Assembly: GCA_050951805.1 (NCBI GenBank)
Contig: JBMNJT010000007.1
Location: 12,521 to 76,520 of the forward strand
Direction: 5' to 3'
From: Bacillota bacterium
Lineage (GTDB): Bacteria > Bacillota > DTU025
Length of the DNA: 64,000 nucleotides
Shown: in pieces, positions 28,623-40,134 of the stretch
How positions within the stretch are numbered: the stretch's first letter is position 1
Layout of the letters: each line of letters opens with the position of its first letter
The notes under the pieces: generated by a model
The model's database searches: none
What the model was told of the DNA's origin: nothing
The model's input: the letters and a program-made list of their open reading frames with translations, nothing else
Position numbers and translations under genes: made by a program

Positions 28623-29522
28623 CTAAAGGCCCTTCTCCTTCGCTTCATCCCAGATAGCATCCATCTCCGCGAGAGTCATTTCTTCGAGAGCCACTCCGTT
28701 CTCATCGGCCCTGTGTTCGATGAACTTGAACCTCGACGCGAACTTCGAGTTGGTACGCCTCAGAGCCTCCTCCGGATCTATCTTCATGAGCCTGGCCACG
28801 TTAACAACAGCGAACAGAAGATCCCCCAGTTCCTCCTCGACCTTTGCCATTTCCCCATCTGCCATGGCCTCGCGGAGCTCTTCCGTCTCCTCCCAAACCT
28901 TTGCGGCTGCGTCCTCCGGACATTCCCAATCAAACCCTACCCTGCTCGCCTTATCCTGGATCTTGACCGCCTGCATGAGAGCGGGCAGATACCTAGGAAC
29001 CTCATCAAGAATCGAAGCGGGCGCCCCGTTCGACGACTCCTTCTCCTTCTGCTTTATCCGCTCCCAGTTACGCAAGACAGTGCCGGCATCGTCCGCTTTT
29101 ACATCACCAAACACATGTGGGTGGCGACGCACCAGTTTGGCGCAGATAGCCTCCACAACATCATTGAAATCGAAGGCCCCCTCTTCGCGGGCGATCTGGG
29201 AATGAAAGACCACCTGCAGGAGCAGGTCGCCCAGTTCTTCGCAGAGAAGATTCGGATCTTGCCTATCGATCGCCTCCACAACTTCGTATGCTTCTTCTAT
29301 AACATACGGTTTTAAGGAAGACGACGTCTGCTTGCGATCCCAAGGACATCCGTCCTCACCCCGGAGCCTGGACATGATTTCTACGAGCTTGTCCGCCGGG
29401 TATCTGCATTGACTCTCACCTAATACTTCAGCCCCTGAAGCCGCATCGGATTTCACCGTCCTTTGGGCTGCTTCAAGCCTCTGCAATCTATCGATCTCTT
29501 CGATGTCTGCCATGTCTACCAC
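28623..29522 (-). CDS. mazG: Nucleoside triphosphate pyrophosphohydrolase MazG
   Basis: GCPWDRKQT, EEAYEV, EELGDLLLQVVFH, RRHPHVFG, second domain EELGDLLF. Confidence 0.95.
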   Translation of the reverse strand: MVDMADIEEIDRLQRLEAAQRTVKSDAASGAEVLGESQCRYPADKLVEIMSRLRGEDGCPWDRKQTSSSLKPYVIEEAYEVVEAIDRQDPNLLCEELGDLLLQVVFHSQIAREEGAFDFNDVVEAICAKLVRRHPHVFGDVKADDAGTVLRNWERIKQKEKESSNGAPASILDEVPRYLPALMQAVKIQDKASRVGFDWECPEDAAAKVWEETEELREAMADGEMAKVEEELGDLLFAVVNVARLMKIDPEEALRRTNSKFASRFKFIEHRADENGVALEEMTLAEMDAIWDEAKEKGL

Positions 29523-29543
29523 ACCTTCCGCAGTAATTCGTCA

Positions 29544-31166
29544 CTACGATTTGACCAAACCGATCCGCCCCAGGACGCGCGCGAGGGGCGGTCCTATCTT
29601 AGGGATCATTTCGATGTCGGCACCGACAATCCCGCCGATGACAAGCATCACCAAAAAGTAGGCTACAGCTGCCACCATCATTGATGCGATTGTGGCAAGC
29701 CCTGCCCATACAGTGGCGCGGACGAGGAATGAGTAAGCAGCCCTGGCTACCACCGCCATTATCGCAGCGGATATCGCGGGTTTTACAAACTCCGAGGCAA
29801 GGCGAACCCCTGCGCCATGACCAAGCCTTCTTGCAACATCAGCCAGGTTTGCCAGGGCAACTACCCCGAATCCCACAGAGGTGCTTATCGCTGCTCCTAC
29901 CACGTTCAGCCGCGGGCGACCTGTAAGCCAGTATTCACATACCACCTTTACAACCGAACCGGCCACCAAGTTTTTGACTGGTGCCCCCGGATAACCCATG
30001 CCCTGTAAAATCGCGCCTGATGTCTGCAATGCGCACAAAAAAGCCGAAGCCGGAGCAAGCGCCGCAAGCACCCGCCCAACCTCAGGTCTTCCATAGACCA
30101 GACTACATATCTCAGAGCTGAGTGTCCAGAGCCCGAACGCTGCAGGAAGGGATATGAGCGCTGTCAGCCTAATTGCGCTCCCTGCCCGCCTCAAAGCCCT
30201 CGATCTGCTCCCAGCCACCAGGGATTCGGAGATCGCCGGCACGATGCTAGTTGCCAGTGCAATCGTGAGAACGTTAGGGAAGTATGCCAGTGGTAGTGCC
30301 ATCCCGCTCAACTGTCCGAATAGGGCCGTAGCTGTTTCGGCCGTAAAGCCCGCAGCCCCAAGCCGCGCCGGAACCATCGCCGAATCGATCGCTCTGACAA
30401 TCGGTAACACCGAAGCGCCGATGGCCACCGGCAGCGCAATCGAGAAGATGTCGGCCACTAACTCCCATGTTGTCTCTTCCTTTGTCGCCCGGTTTCCCAC
30501 GCCTGTGCGGATACATGCGCGCGCGGCCTTCTTGCTCCTGGCCGATTTGCCTCTTCCAACCCCTCCGGCGCTCATCCTCCGGGCAAAGGCGATCCCCAAG
30601 TAAGCGAGGCCAGCCATCCCGCCTGTAACAGCTCCCAGCGCGGCGCCAGCAGCGGCGTACTCCACCCCGCGGGGCATCAACGCTGCAGCCAAAGTCAGCA
30701 TGGTACCTACGCGCACAAGCTGCTCCACAACCTGAGATGCAGCGGACGGCCCCATGTCTTGACACCCCTGGAAATACCCGCGAAAAGCGGACATCACCGT
30801 GACAAAGAAAAGAGCGGGAGCAATTGCCCTCATGGCAAGAGCTACCCGCACATCATGGTAGACACGTTCTGCAAACCAGTCAGCCCCGAAATACATCAGT
30901 GACGAAGATGCAAGCCCAGTGCATAGCATTATGAGAATTGCAACCCTCAGTATGCGGAACGATCCGCGCTCATCCCCGACTGCAATGCGTTCAGCTACAA
31001 GCTTTGACACGGCAAGAGGCAGCCCTGCCACAGAGGCGACAAGAAAAAAATTATATAAGGGTTGCGCAAGCTCGAGCAACCCCATACCTTCATCGCCGAT
31101 AGTATGAGCGAGAGGGATTCGATAGACAGCGCCGAGTATCCGGCTGATCACTCCGGCAGCCGCCAT
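29544..31166 (-). CDS. YabM/SpoVB-like MOP-superfamily flippase
   Basis: SRILGAVYRIPL, GLPLAVSKLVAE, RGYFQG, SQVVEQLVRV; true start may lie slightly upstream. Confidence 0.9.
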   Translation of the reverse strand: MAAAGVISRILGAVYRIPLAHTIGDEGMGLLELAQPLYNFFLVASVAGLPLAVSKLVAERIAVGDERGSFRILRVAILIMLCTGLASSSLMYFGADWFAERVYHDVRVALAMRAIAPALFFVTVMSAFRGYFQGCQDMGPSAASQVVEQLVRVGTMLTLAAALMPRGVEYAAAGAALGAVTGGMAGLAYLGIAFARRMSAGGVGRGKSARSKKAARACIRTGVGNRATKEETTWELVADIFSIALPVAIGASVLPIVRAIDSAMVPARLGAAGFTAETATALFGQLSGMALPLAYFPNVLTIALATSIVPAISESLVAGSRSRALRRAGSAIRLTALISLPAAFGLWTLSSEICSLVYGRPEVGRVLAALAPASAFLCALQTSGAILQGMGYPGAPVKNLVAGSVVKVVCEYWLTGRPRLNVVGAAISTSVGFGVVALANLADVARRLGHGAGVRLASEFVKPAISAAIMAVVARAAYSFLVRATVWAGLATIASMMVAAVAYFLVMLVIGGIVGADIEMIPKIGPPLARVLGRIGLVKS

Positions 31167-31214
31167 AATGGCGGCCCCCCGGAGAAATGACGTCTGATCC
31201 CGGTTGCTGTTCGT

Positions 31215-31772
31215 CTACTCCACCTGCCTTGCCAAATACCCCGCAGCCGTGATAGCCAGACTTTCCTCAAGATCGCCCACAGTGCGGTCACTAGCGGTAG
31301 TTCCGATCACTACTGCGCCTACAGGGTCTCCATCTGCAATGATAGGGGCTATTGCAGCGGAAATCATGGCTACGGAATCCGGCCCATCATTCGCCAGTAT
31401 GCTGGACGCATCCCCGCCTCCGCTAAAATGGACCATCAATGCCTGCTTTTCGGCCATGGCCTTCTCTACCGCACGGCCTACACGACGATCGATAAGCTCC
31501 TCTTCGAGCGGACCCGATGCAGCAATCACAACATCCCTATCGCATATAAGCGCTACACTGCCTGATGACGCCGAAAGCGATTCGGCCATGTCAGTTGCTA
31601 CGACCTTGAGCTGCCCCACAGGCGAGTATTTCTTCAGCACCACGCTTCCCTTGGGATCCACATATATCTCAACCGAATCGCCCTCATGTATTCGAAGGCT
31701 CCTTCTGAGCTCCTTGGGCACCACAATCCTGCCCAACTCATCGATGCGCCTCACAATTCCAGTAGGTCTCAT
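31215..31772 (-). CDS. spoVT: Stage V sporulation protein T
   Basis: MRPTGIVRRIDELGRIVVPKELRR AbrB domain plus GAF-like C-terminus; follows mfd. Confidence 0.93.
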   Translation of the reverse strand: MRPTGIVRRIDELGRIVVPKELRRSLRIHEGDSVEIYVDPKGSVVLKKYSPVGQLKVVATDMAESLSASSGSVALICDRDVVIAASGPLEEELIDRRVGRAVEKAMAEKQALMVHFSGGGDASSILANDGPDSVAMISAAIAPIIADGDPVGAVVIGTTASDRTVGDLEESLAITAAGYLARQVE

Positions 31773-31808
31773 CCACAATACCCTCCTGCATATCACTACG
31801 TAATTTGG

Positions 31809-34800
31809 TCATTGATTCACTGCTACGCCCTGCTTCATCTCGGACAGAATGCCTATCAGCGTATGCAAGATTTCTCGTTCCGACATCCCGTGCGTCTTGA
31901 CCCTGAGTCTTTGCGTTCTCCCCACCGCAAGTGCCACTCTTCCCCTAAACGGCCTTGCGATCCTCATCAGGTCGCTTGCTGAGTAGCTCACCCCATCAGC
32001 AAACCCCACAACCACACTCTGCCTTTCACTGGAAACATTCACAGCCCCCAGATCCCTCGCCAAACCTTTCAACGCAGCAATGGCAATGAGGTTTTCCACG
32101 GGAGGCGGCAATGGTCCAAATCTATCGATGAATTCCTTCGAAATGTCAGAAGCATCTTCTAACGATTCGATGCCGTTGATCTTCTTGTACACTTCTATCT
32201 TCTGACGCGAATCGGGGACATAGCTATCTGGAACATACGCGTCAACAGGAAGATCGATCACGGTGGGAGGAACCTCGGGCTCCTTCTTCTCGCCCCTCAA
32301 TTCCTTTATTGTTTCCTCCAAGAGCCTGCAATACATCTCAAATCCGACCGCGGCAATATGTCCGTGCTGTTCCGGCCCGAGAATATTACCTGCTCCCCGT
32401 ATCTCCAAATCCCGCATGGCTATCTTGTAGCCCGACCCCAAGCTCGTAAATTCGCGAATCGCAGCAAGCCTTTTCTCTGCGATCTCGCTCAGAGCCGCAT
32501 CGCGGTTGAACAGAAGGTAGGCATAGGCCACCCTGTTCGTCCTCCCGACCCTTCCACGCAACTGGTAGAGCTGGGCAAGCCCGAAGTTATCCGCATCATC
32601 GATGATTATCGTGTTGACGTTGGGAATATCAATGCCAGATTCTATTATAACCGTACAAACAAGAATATCAAACTCGTGTTCCATAAATTGTAACATTACC
32701 CTTTCAAGCCTCTCCTCCGGCATTTGCCCGTGGGCAACGCCGATGGATGCTTCGGGTACAAGCCGCCTCAGCCTTCCGGCCACTTCTTCTATGTCGTGCA
32801 CCCTATTGTGGACGAAATAGACCTGCCCGTTTCGGTCGATCTCCCTCAAAATGACCTCCCTCACAAGGCTGTCATTTTTCTCCACTACGTAAGTCCTTAT
32901 GGGGAACCTGTTTTCGGGCGGAGTCTCCATCAGGCTCATGTCTCGAACCCCTGTCATCGCCATATGGAGAGTCCTGGGAATGGGCGTTGCCGTGAGCGTG
33001 AGAACATCCACTTCCTTGCGGAGCTCCTTCAGACGTTCCTTCTGAGCCACGCCAAACCTCTGTTCCTCGTCGACCACCACGAGGCCGAGATCGCGGAACT
33101 TCACGTCCTGCGAAAGCAGGCGATGGGTTCCGATAACAACATCAACAGATCCCATCTTTAGACCTCGAATAACCTGTTTTTGTTCCGCTTCCGATTGAAA
33201 CCTCGATAGGATTGCCACCTTCATGGGGAACCCGTGGAATCTCTCGGAAAACGTATTATAGTGCTGCTGCGCAAGGATCGTTGTAGGCACGAGTACCGCG
33301 ACCTGTTTGCCGTCTACCGCGGCCTTGAACGCAGCCCTCAGCGCCACCTCGGTCTTGCCAAATCCCACATCCCCGCAGAGCAGTCTGTCCATTGGCATGG
33401 GCTTTTCCATGTCCCTTTTCACATCAACTATTGCGCGCCACTGGTCAGGAGTCTCCTCGTAAGGGAAAAGATCCTCAAACTCCTGCTGCCATACGGTGTC
33501 TGGCGAAAATGCGTAGCCCTTCACGGATTCCCTGGCTGCGTAAAGTCGAAGAAGGTCCTCGGCCATGTCCTGGACTGACTCCCGCGCCTTCGCCTTGGTG
33601 CGCGTCCATTCCGTCCCTCCAAGTCTATTCAGGCGGGGGGGCGAATCTTCCATTCCTATGTATTTCTGCAGAAGGGCAATCTGATCAGTGGGGACATACA
33701 CCTTGTCTTCCCCGGCATACTGGACCAGCAGATAATCGCGTTGGACCCCTGCCGCCTCCAACGTCTGAACCCCACCATACTTCCCCACTCCGTGGTTGAC
33801 ATGGACTACGTAGTCCCCGGGCGACAGATCCGTGTAACTGGCGATCCGCGCGCCTTCCTCGACATCGGCGAACCGCCGCCTCTTCTTCTGCCGGCCATAT
33901 ATCTCGGCTTCTGTAAGAACCAAAAGCTTGATATCGGGACACTTAAACCCCGAAGACAACTCGCCCCGGACTACACTTGCCGTGCCCGCCTCCGGGACAA
34001 CATCAAGGGTCGAAGCACAAATCGGCGAGATTCCTTTGCCTTCGAGAAGTTCAGCCAGCCTGTTGCATCTCTCTTCCGTCGAGGCCATACAGACTACCCT
34101 GTATCCTCGTTTCCGGAAGTTCTTGATCTCGTGAATAAAATCGTCGATGCGGCCTGCAAATATCTCCGCCTGTTTCGTCTGGGCAATTATATGATCCCCG
34201 TAACCTGCCAAAGCGCCGCCAGGGCCGGCTCCACAGCTGCCCTCCGGCGCCCTAGCGAGCAAAGACATGGACACTATCTGTCGACGCTTGATGGCATCGA
34301 TGATTTCAGCGGCATTCATATACGAGTCTGCCTGCGATGGAAGAACCATGTCGGCTTCGAGGAGCGTAGCATATGTCTCCCGTATGTCCGACTCGTAGCC
34401 ATCTAAAGCTTCTTTTAGCCGGACCGGTTCATCCAAGACAAACAGGGCGTCCTCGGCCCAGTCCGCCACCATCACCCGTTCCGAGTAGAAAAACGGGAGA
34501 TACTGCTCGTCATTGTCGAAGTAGGCCCCTGTTTCGAAGCGCTCGAGATGATGCATAACCCTTTCACGCAGCTGATTTCTTGTACGAGCCATCACCATGC
34601 TTGAAGGAGACAGCATCGACGGCGCCTGCGCACTGTCTGCCGAGACCGACCGGCCCTTGCCCGCAGCACCAGCGCCCACCCGATCAAGCTCTTCCCGGAT
34701 GGACATGCGCGCACGTTCCAGACGTTCCCGGTCATACATGAACTCCCGCGCGGGAGTGATAGTCGCCTCATCCAACATCTCCTGTGAGAGTTGAGTGTCA

Positions 34801-35432
34801 GGGTCAAATACCCTTATGGACTCTATCTCGTCGCCAAAGAACTCTATCCGCACAGGCCGGTCCGCATCATTGGGAAAGACATCGACTATGCCCCCTCGCA
34901 CACTGGCTTGCCCACGGCCGTCAACCTTGCCCAAAATCTCGTAGCCGCTCGCAGCCAACATGTATACCAGGCCATCGAGGTCGCAGCGTTGGCCGACCCT
35001 GATATCGAACATGGCGCCCCGGAAAATCTCCACGGGAACCATCCTTCTCCCGAGAGCACGCGCCGGCGCCAAGACCACGCACTTTTCGCCTCTGGCCAGA
35101 GCAGCCATGGCCTTGGCACGAGCCGCAGAAAGGTCAGCGCTCATCGGCGTCTCCTCATAAGGCATCACATCTACCGCTGGGAAGACAAAGACCCGATCGG
35201 AACCGATCATAGTCGCAATATCCCCCGACAAGCTTTCCGCGTCATGCTGTGTCGCGGTAACGACGAAAACCGTCCTCCGGGCATGACAAAACAGCCCCGA
35301 TATGAATAGGGACTTCTGCGAACCCGAAAGGCCGACAATATGTGTAGCGCGCGATCCCCGCTCAACTCTTCTCAAAGCTTCCGTGAAAGCGGTAGAGTCG
35401 AGCAGGAGGTCGACTATTCCTGTCAACCCCAT
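31809..35432 (-). CDS. mfd: Transcription-repair coupling factor
   Basis: GDYVVHVNHGVG, CGDVGFGKTEVA, DEEQRFG, TATPIPRT, QLRGRVGR, DLEIRGAGN. Confidence 0.98.
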   Translation of the reverse strand: MGLTGIVDLLLDSTAFTEALRRVERGSRATHIVGLSGSQKSLFISGLFCHARRTVFVVTATQHDAESLSGDIATMIGSDRVFVFPAVDVMPYEETPMSADLSAARAKAMAALARGEKCVVLAPARALGRRMVPVEIFRGAMFDIRVGQRCDLDGLVYMLAASGYEILGKVDGRGQASVRGGIVDVFPNDADRPVRIEFFGDEIESIRVFDPDTQLSQEMLDEATITPAREFMYDRERLERARMSIREELDRVGAGAAGKGRSVSADSAQAPSMLSPSSMVMARTRNQLRERVMHHLERFETGAYFDNDEQYLPFFYSERVMVADWAEDALFVLDEPVRLKEALDGYESDIRETYATLLEADMVLPSQADSYMNAAEIIDAIKRRQIVSMSLLARAPEGSCGAGPGGALAGYGDHIIAQTKQAEIFAGRIDDFIHEIKNFRKRGYRVVCMASTEERCNRLAELLEGKGISPICASTLDVVPEAGTASVVRGELSSGFKCPDIKLLVLTEAEIYGRQKKRRRFADVEEGARIASYTDLSPGDYVVHVNHGVGKYGGVQTLEAAGVQRDYLLVQYAGEDKVYVPTDQIALLQKYIGMEDSPPRLNRLGGTEWTRTKAKARESVQDMAEDLLRLYAARESVKGYAFSPDTVWQQEFEDLFPYEETPDQWRAIVDVKRDMEKPMPMDRLLCGDVGFGKTEVALRAAFKAAVDGKQVAVLVPTTILAQQHYNTFSERFHGFPMKVAILSRFQSEAEQKQVIRGLKMGSVDVVIGTHRLLSQDVKFRDLGLVVVDEEQRFGVAQKERLKELRKEVDVLTLTATPIPRTLHMAMTGVRDMSLMETPPENRFPIRTYVVEKNDSLVREVILREIDRNGQVYFVHNRVHDIEEVAGRLRRLVPEASIGVAHGQMPEERLERVMLQFMEHEFDILVCTVIIESGIDIPNVNTIIIDDADNFGLAQLYQLRGRVGRTNRVAYAYLLFNRDAALSEIAEKRLAAIREFTSLGSGYKIAMRDLEIRGAGNILGPEQHGHIAAVGFEMYCRLLEETIKELRGEKKEPEVPPTVIDLPVDAYVPDSYVPDSRQKIEVYKKINGIESLEDASDISKEFIDRFGPLPPPVENLIAIAALKGLARDLGAVNVSSERQSVVVGFADGVSYSASDLMRIARPFRGRVALAVGRTQRLRVKTHGMSEREILHTLIGILSEMKQGVAVNQ

Positions 35433-35477
35433 ACCCCCCGGGAAAGATGACGCATTACAAACACCGCAAGACCCAGC

Positions 35478-36041
35478 TCAATTGAAGCGGGTCTGCGCGG
35501 TCTCGATGCCGTCCTCTACAATACATAGTATGGCAGAAACGGCGTTTATAACAGCATCCGATATGATAGGAAGTTCATCGCGGGCAAATGTGCCAAGCAC
35601 GTGATGGACCGAATCCTCCCATGGGGGAGGCCTTCCTATACCCACGCGCACACGGGCAATATTCTCAGTGCCCATATGTTCTATAATAGAGCCCATACCC
35701 TTGTGGCCGCCAGCACTCCCCTTTGCCCGAATTCGTATGCGCCCCACCTCGAGATCCATGTCATCGTACACAACAATAAGCGACTCCGGGCCTGCGCCGT
35801 ACTGCCGGGTCGCTCTTGCTACGGCGATTCCGCTGTTGTTCATGTAGGTCTGCGGCTTCACGATTAGCGTATCCGCCCCTGCAATCGTTCCCTTTGCAAC
35901 AAGACTGAGACAATGCGAAGCCCGCCGGAACTTGCCGGCGCCCAGCTCCAATGCGAGACGGTCGGCAACCATGAAGCCAATGTTATGCCTGGAGCACTCA
36001 TATTGGGTTCCAGGGTTTCCAAGGCCTGCTATAATGAACAT
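35478..36041 (-). CDS. pth: Peptidyl-tRNA hydrolase
   Basis: GLGNPG, RHNIGF, KPQTYMNNSG, GSAGGHKG. Confidence 0.97.
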   Translation of the reverse strand: MFIIAGLGNPGTQYECSRHNIGFMVADRLALELGAGKFRRASHCLSLVAKGTIAGADTLIVKPQTYMNNSGIAVARATRQYGAGPESLIVVYDDMDLEVGRIRIRAKGSAGGHKGMGSIIEHMGTENIARVRVGIGRPPPWEDSVHHVLGTFARDELPIISDAVINAVSAILCIVEDGIETAQTRFN

Positions 36042-36062
36042 GTCACTACCCGCTGTAAAAGA

Positions 36063-37010
36063 CTAATCAAATAGTATGCTTACCGACAGCTCAAGATAGA
36101 TTCTCCTGATCGCCTCCGCAAAAAGCGGGGCCACCGATAGAATCGATATCTTGTCGATCTGTTTCTCTTTGCTCAAGGGAATAGTATCGGTAATAACCAG
36201 TTCCGAAATCTGCGAATTGGCAAGCCGCTCAATTGCCGGCCCCGAAAGCACTCCATGGGTGCAACATGCCCTTACTTCAGTCGCCCCCGCCTCGATAAGT
36301 GCGTCCGCCGCCTGACAAAGGGTGCCCGCAGTATCAACGAGGTCATCGACGATCACCGCCGGCTTGCCGCGAACATCGCCGATTATGTTCATAACCTCCG
36401 ACACGTTAGGCCGCGGGCGACGCTTGTCCACAATGGCCAACGTGCTGTCAAGGTGCTCAGCAATTCCCCTGGCGCGAGTTACCCCGCCCACATCGGGAGA
36501 TACGATCACGCAACCCTTCAAGCCCCTCGATTCCAGATGCTGCGCGAGGATAGGGGCTGCCTTGAGATGGTCGACAGGTATATCGAAGAATCCCTGGATT
36601 TGGGGCGCATGCAAGTCGATAGTGAGAACCCGGGAAGCCCCTGCAGCAGTGATCAAGTTGGCCAGTAGTTTCGCTGTAATGGGCTCTCTGGGCTGAGATT
36701 TCCTGTCCTGCCTGGCATAGCCGTAATACGGGACAACAGCAGTGATAGACCTGGCAGATGCGCGCTTTAGCGCATCGATGACGATGAGAAGTTCCATGAT
36801 GTTGTCGTGAACGGGAGCACACAAAGACTGTATGACAAAGACGTCTGCGCCTCTTATGCTCTCGAATATTTGTACACTGATTTCACCGTCACTAAACCTG
36901 CCCACTTCAGCTTTGACAATGTCTGTTTCGAGATTGGCAGCTATCGCCTTCGATAGCTCAGGGTTGGAATTGCACGCGAAGATCTTCAACTTTCGATGAC
37001 ATGAGTCCAT
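36063..37010 (-). CDS. prs: Ribose-phosphate pyrophosphokinase
   Basis: [42 protein letters not shown]. Confidence 0.97.
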   Translation of the reverse strand: MDSCHRKLKIFACNSNPELSKAIAANLETDIVKAEVGRFSDGEISVQIFESIRGADVFVIQSLCAPVHDNIMELLIVIDALKRASARSITAVVPYYGYARQDRKSQPREPITAKLLANLITAAGASRVLTIDLHAPQIQGFFDIPVDHLKAAPILAQHLESRGLKGCVIVSPDVGGVTRARGIAEHLDSTLAIVDKRRPRPNVSEVMNIIGDVRGKPAVIVDDLVDTAGTLCQAADALIEAGATEVRACCTHGVLSGPAIERLANSQISELVITDTIPLSKEKQIDKISILSVAPLFAEAIRRIYLELSVSILFD

Positions 37011-37012
37011 AG

Positions 37013-38365
37013 CTACTTCTCCTCCTTGGATAATCGAGCCGCCCTTCGCTTTGCGACCCATCCGTCCTTGTTCTCCTGCCTCGCTCGCGCTATGGCCAGA
37101 GCCCCCGCTGGAACATGCGAAGTAACTGTGGACCCAGTCGCAATGTATGCGTCCGAGCCAACCTTTACCGGAGCAACCAGATTAGAGTTCGCCCCCACAA
37201 AAGCGCCGTCCTCTATGATCGTAGTGTGTTTGGTTTCTCCGTCGTAGTTGCATGTAATTGTCCCAGCCCCTATGTTTACGTGGGAGCCCATGACCGTGTC
37301 TCCTATATAACTAAGGTGAGGGATCTTGCTTCCCTCGCCTACTGTGCTCTTCTTCACCTCAACAAAGTCGCCCACCTTGACGCGGTCGGCAAGTGATGTG
37401 CCCGGGCGCAGATAGGAAAATGGGCCAATATTGCACCCGCTGCCCACTTCTGAATCGCGAATGTAAACATACGGGCCGATATTGCACGATCCCCCAATCT
37501 TGCTGTTCCCGGCTATGATTGTAAATGGCATAATGACCGTGTCGGACCCTATCTCCACACTTGCATCGATGAACGTGGTTGCCGGATCGATCAGAGTAAC
37601 CCCTGATTCCATCACCTCGCGTCGCTTGCGATCGCCCATGATCTGCTCGGCTTTGGAAAGCTCGACGCGGGAATTGATTCCCAGTCCCTCTGATGCATCC
37701 TTAAGGGCAACCGCTCTCACGGACAGCCCTTGGGAGATCATAATCGCAATTACGTCTGTCAAGTAATACTCGCCCTGTTTGTTATCTGTTGATATACGCG
37801 GAAGCGCGTTGAAAAGTGTCCTACTGTCAAAACAAAAAACGCCGGTATTGACCTCGCGAATAGCGCGTATCTCCTCCGTCGCATCGCAGTGCTCTACTAT
37901 GGCGGCGACGTTCCCCTTCGAGTCCCTGACCACCCTCCCGTAATCTGTAGGGTCATCAACGCACATCGAAAGGATTGTGGCGTCGCTTGCGCTGCCAGAC
38001 TGCTCTTCTACTAGTTGTTGGAGGCTTTCGGAAGTAAGCAGAGGCACATCTGCAGGTACGATGAGAATATTGCCATCATAACCATCAAAAGCCGGGCCCG
38101 CCGCTAAGACAGCATGGCCCGTGCCCAATTGCTCGCGCTGCCAGACTATTTCTGCGCGCCCAGCAAGATGCTCTTCAATCAATTCGCCACCATGTCCAAC
38201 AACAACTACTACACGCGATGCTCCGGAGCGAACCAACGAGCCCACGACGTGGTCAATCATGGGTATGCCGGCAACTGGATGAAGTGGTTTGGGAAGCGCT
38301 GACTTCATCCGCTTGCCATGCCCTGCCGCTAGTACAAGGCCCACGAAAGATGCCATATTATTCAC
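37013..38365 (-). CDS. glmU: Bifunctional UDP-GlcNAc pyrophosphorylase/acetyltransferase
   Basis: [29 protein letters not shown], hexapeptide repeats, [11 protein letters not shown]. Confidence 0.97.
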   Translation of the reverse strand: MNNMASFVGLVLAAGHGKRMKSALPKPLHPVAGIPMIDHVVGSLVRSGASRVVVVVGHGGELIEEHLAGRAEIVWQREQLGTGHAVLAAGPAFDGYDGNILIVPADVPLLTSESLQQLVEEQSGSASDATILSMCVDDPTDYGRVVRDSKGNVAAIVEHCDATEEIRAIREVNTGVFCFDSRTLFNALPRISTDNKQGEYYLTDVIAIMISQGLSVRAVALKDASEGLGINSRVELSKAEQIMGDRKRREVMESGVTLIDPATTFIDASVEIGSDTVIMPFTIIAGNSKIGGSCNIGPYVYIRDSEVGSGCNIGPFSYLRPGTSLADRVKVGDFVEVKKSTVGEGSKIPHLSYIGDTVMGSHVNIGAGTITCNYDGETKHTTIIEDGAFVGANSNLVAPVKVGSDAYIATGSTVTSHVPAGALAIARARQENKDGWVAKRRAARLSKEEK

Positions 38366-38545
38366 TCCGCCAAATTAATCCAATGTTGAAACTGGTCTTC
38401 AAGCACTTTGAGCATATACCAAGCATACTGCTTCGTCAACTTTTCACCATGCTGGCAAACAGAGTGCCGATCGACATCCGTTTACTAACATATCCCCGCC
38501 TAGCTCGGCAAAGAATGTACTCAGCATCGCAATGGAGGTGAAAAC

Positions 38546-38890
38546 ATGCCAAAGGCTCGCAGAAGCAATAGAACACTAGTCCCCCAAGCGCGGCAAGCAT
38601 TAGATCAGATGAAATATGAGGTTGCCAACGAACTCAACATTCCAACGCATCTCATTGAAGGGGATTACTGGGGAAATCTCAGCGCCCGCGATTGTGGATC
38701 TGTCGGCGGAAACATGGTTCGGCGGATGATCGAGGCGGCACAAGCCTCACTTGCAGCAACAACCATGGCCGGAGTTAAGCAGGGCTTTCAGGAAGTCATC
38801 CCTGCACAGAACTTCACGGCACAGGAAGGCAACTTGTCAGGTCCGTCAACCTTTCCGACTTCAGGCAACTTACCCGGAACCTCGTTCTAG
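38546..38890 (+). CDS. Alpha/beta-type small acid-soluble spore protein with C-terminal extension
   Basis: LVPQARQALDQMKYEVANEL...GNLSARDCGSVGGNMVRRMIE; RBS GGAGGTG. Confidence 0.9.
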   Translation: MPKARRSNRTLVPQARQALDQMKYEVANELNIPTHLIEGDYWGNLSARDCGSVGGNMVRRMIEAAQASLAATTMAGVKQGFQEVIPAQNFTAQEGNLSGPSTFPTSGNLPGTSF

Positions 38891-39224
38891 CCGTCCCCGA
38901 GCCCCATCAGTCTGAAACCACATGCACCGCGATGGTGAATATTCTTCAAAGGCGACGGGCGACGTTCACTTGCGGGCGGGGCAATCCTCAGCCTCGCCCG
39001 CCCATAGTCTATATCCGGTGTACGGCCACTTTCTTGCGTGAGTCACCCTTTCAGTATACTATCCCCATCGCCGTGTAAGAATATTCGAACTTATATCCTT
39101 TTCGCCGAGGGCGGAATCTTGATTCATGGGCTCTCCTGGAACGTGACAACCACCAAAAACAAAAAACAGGGCAATCGCCCTGTCAGAAAGTTATCCGTCG
39201 CATATACAGCTTGCCTATATATAA

Positions 39225-39298
39225 TGGCTGGGGCGCCAGGATTCGAACCTGGGCTGCAGGATCCAAAGTCCCGTGCCTTACCTCTTGGCTACGCCCCA
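39225..39298 (-). tRNA. tRNA-Gln(TTG)
   Basis: TGGGGCGTAGCCAAGAGGTAAGGCACGGGACTTTGGATCCTGCAGCCCAGGTTCGAATCCTGGCGCCCCAGCCA. Confidence 0.95.
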
Positions 39299-39761
39299 TC
39301 CTAAAGCAGTACATATTTTAGCATAACAAAAGCCGGTGAGCAAATATTCGACGAGAGGGAGAGTTTCCATCCTTACACGCCTCGAACGCCTGACAAGAGA
39401 AATACGCCATCTCAACGAAAACACGATATAAAAGGTGGCTCATCTCAGGAGCCACCAAGGCACGGAATCTCAAGCATCCAGGCGTGGCGCATCGGGGAAC
39501 CCAGAATTGGCCTTCGCAATACGCAAGGCATGCACACTCCGTCAGATGCTCTTTGACCGATCTGCAGTTGCTATATAACACTGCGCCGCCTCAAAGCCCC
39601 CATCCCGGGCGGCCAGCGGCCACACCTAACGAGAACCCAGGCGAAACAGATGTTGAAACAATACCGTCAATAGAATTCTTCCAGCCATTCGGTCTCAATA
39701 GCAAACCCTGCAAAGCGCCTGAGGCAAAATACCAAAAACTCAGCCGCTTAGACAAGAGGCG

Positions 39762-40019
39762 CTAGTCGCCTTGTTCGTTATAGACAGATATTATTGCGTC
39801 TTCGATCATGTCACGCGCTTCCTGCGTGACAGGGTGAGCAATGTCGCGGAACTGCCCATCAGGAGCCTTGCGGCTAGGCATGGCAACAAATAACCCTTTC
39901 TGTCCCTCAATAACCCGGATGTCCCTAACCACGAATGCATCATCAAAAGTAATCGACGCAATAGCCCGCATTTTTCCTGCAGTGTTGACTTTGCGCACCC
40001 TCACGTCAGTGATGTTCAC
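39762..40019 (-). CDS. spoVG: Septation regulator SpoVG
   Basis: ITDVRVRK...[11 protein letters not shown]...[10 protein letters not shown]...FRDIAHP; GTG start follows AAAGGTGG. Confidence 0.96.
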   Translation of the reverse strand: MNITDVRVRKVNTAGKMRAIASITFDDAFVVRDIRVIEGQKGLFVAMPSRKAPDGQFRDIAHPVTQEARDMIEDAIISVYNEQGD

Positions 40020-40071
40020 ACCGCGCCCACCTTTCATGGAAATGCAGTAATGGTTCCCCTTTTGTATCCTT

Positions 40072-40097
40072 GTTCTACGCATTCCAGGAAAATCCTC
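40072..40097 (-). promoter_or_regulatory. Sigma-H promoter of spoVG
   Basis: GAGGATTTT-CCTGGAATGC-GTAGAAC; spoVG is the classical sigma-H target in B. subtilis. Confidence 0.6.
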
Positions 40098-40134
40098 TAA
40101 AGAGGGCGCATTTTTCGTGTTTTTAATGCATTTG

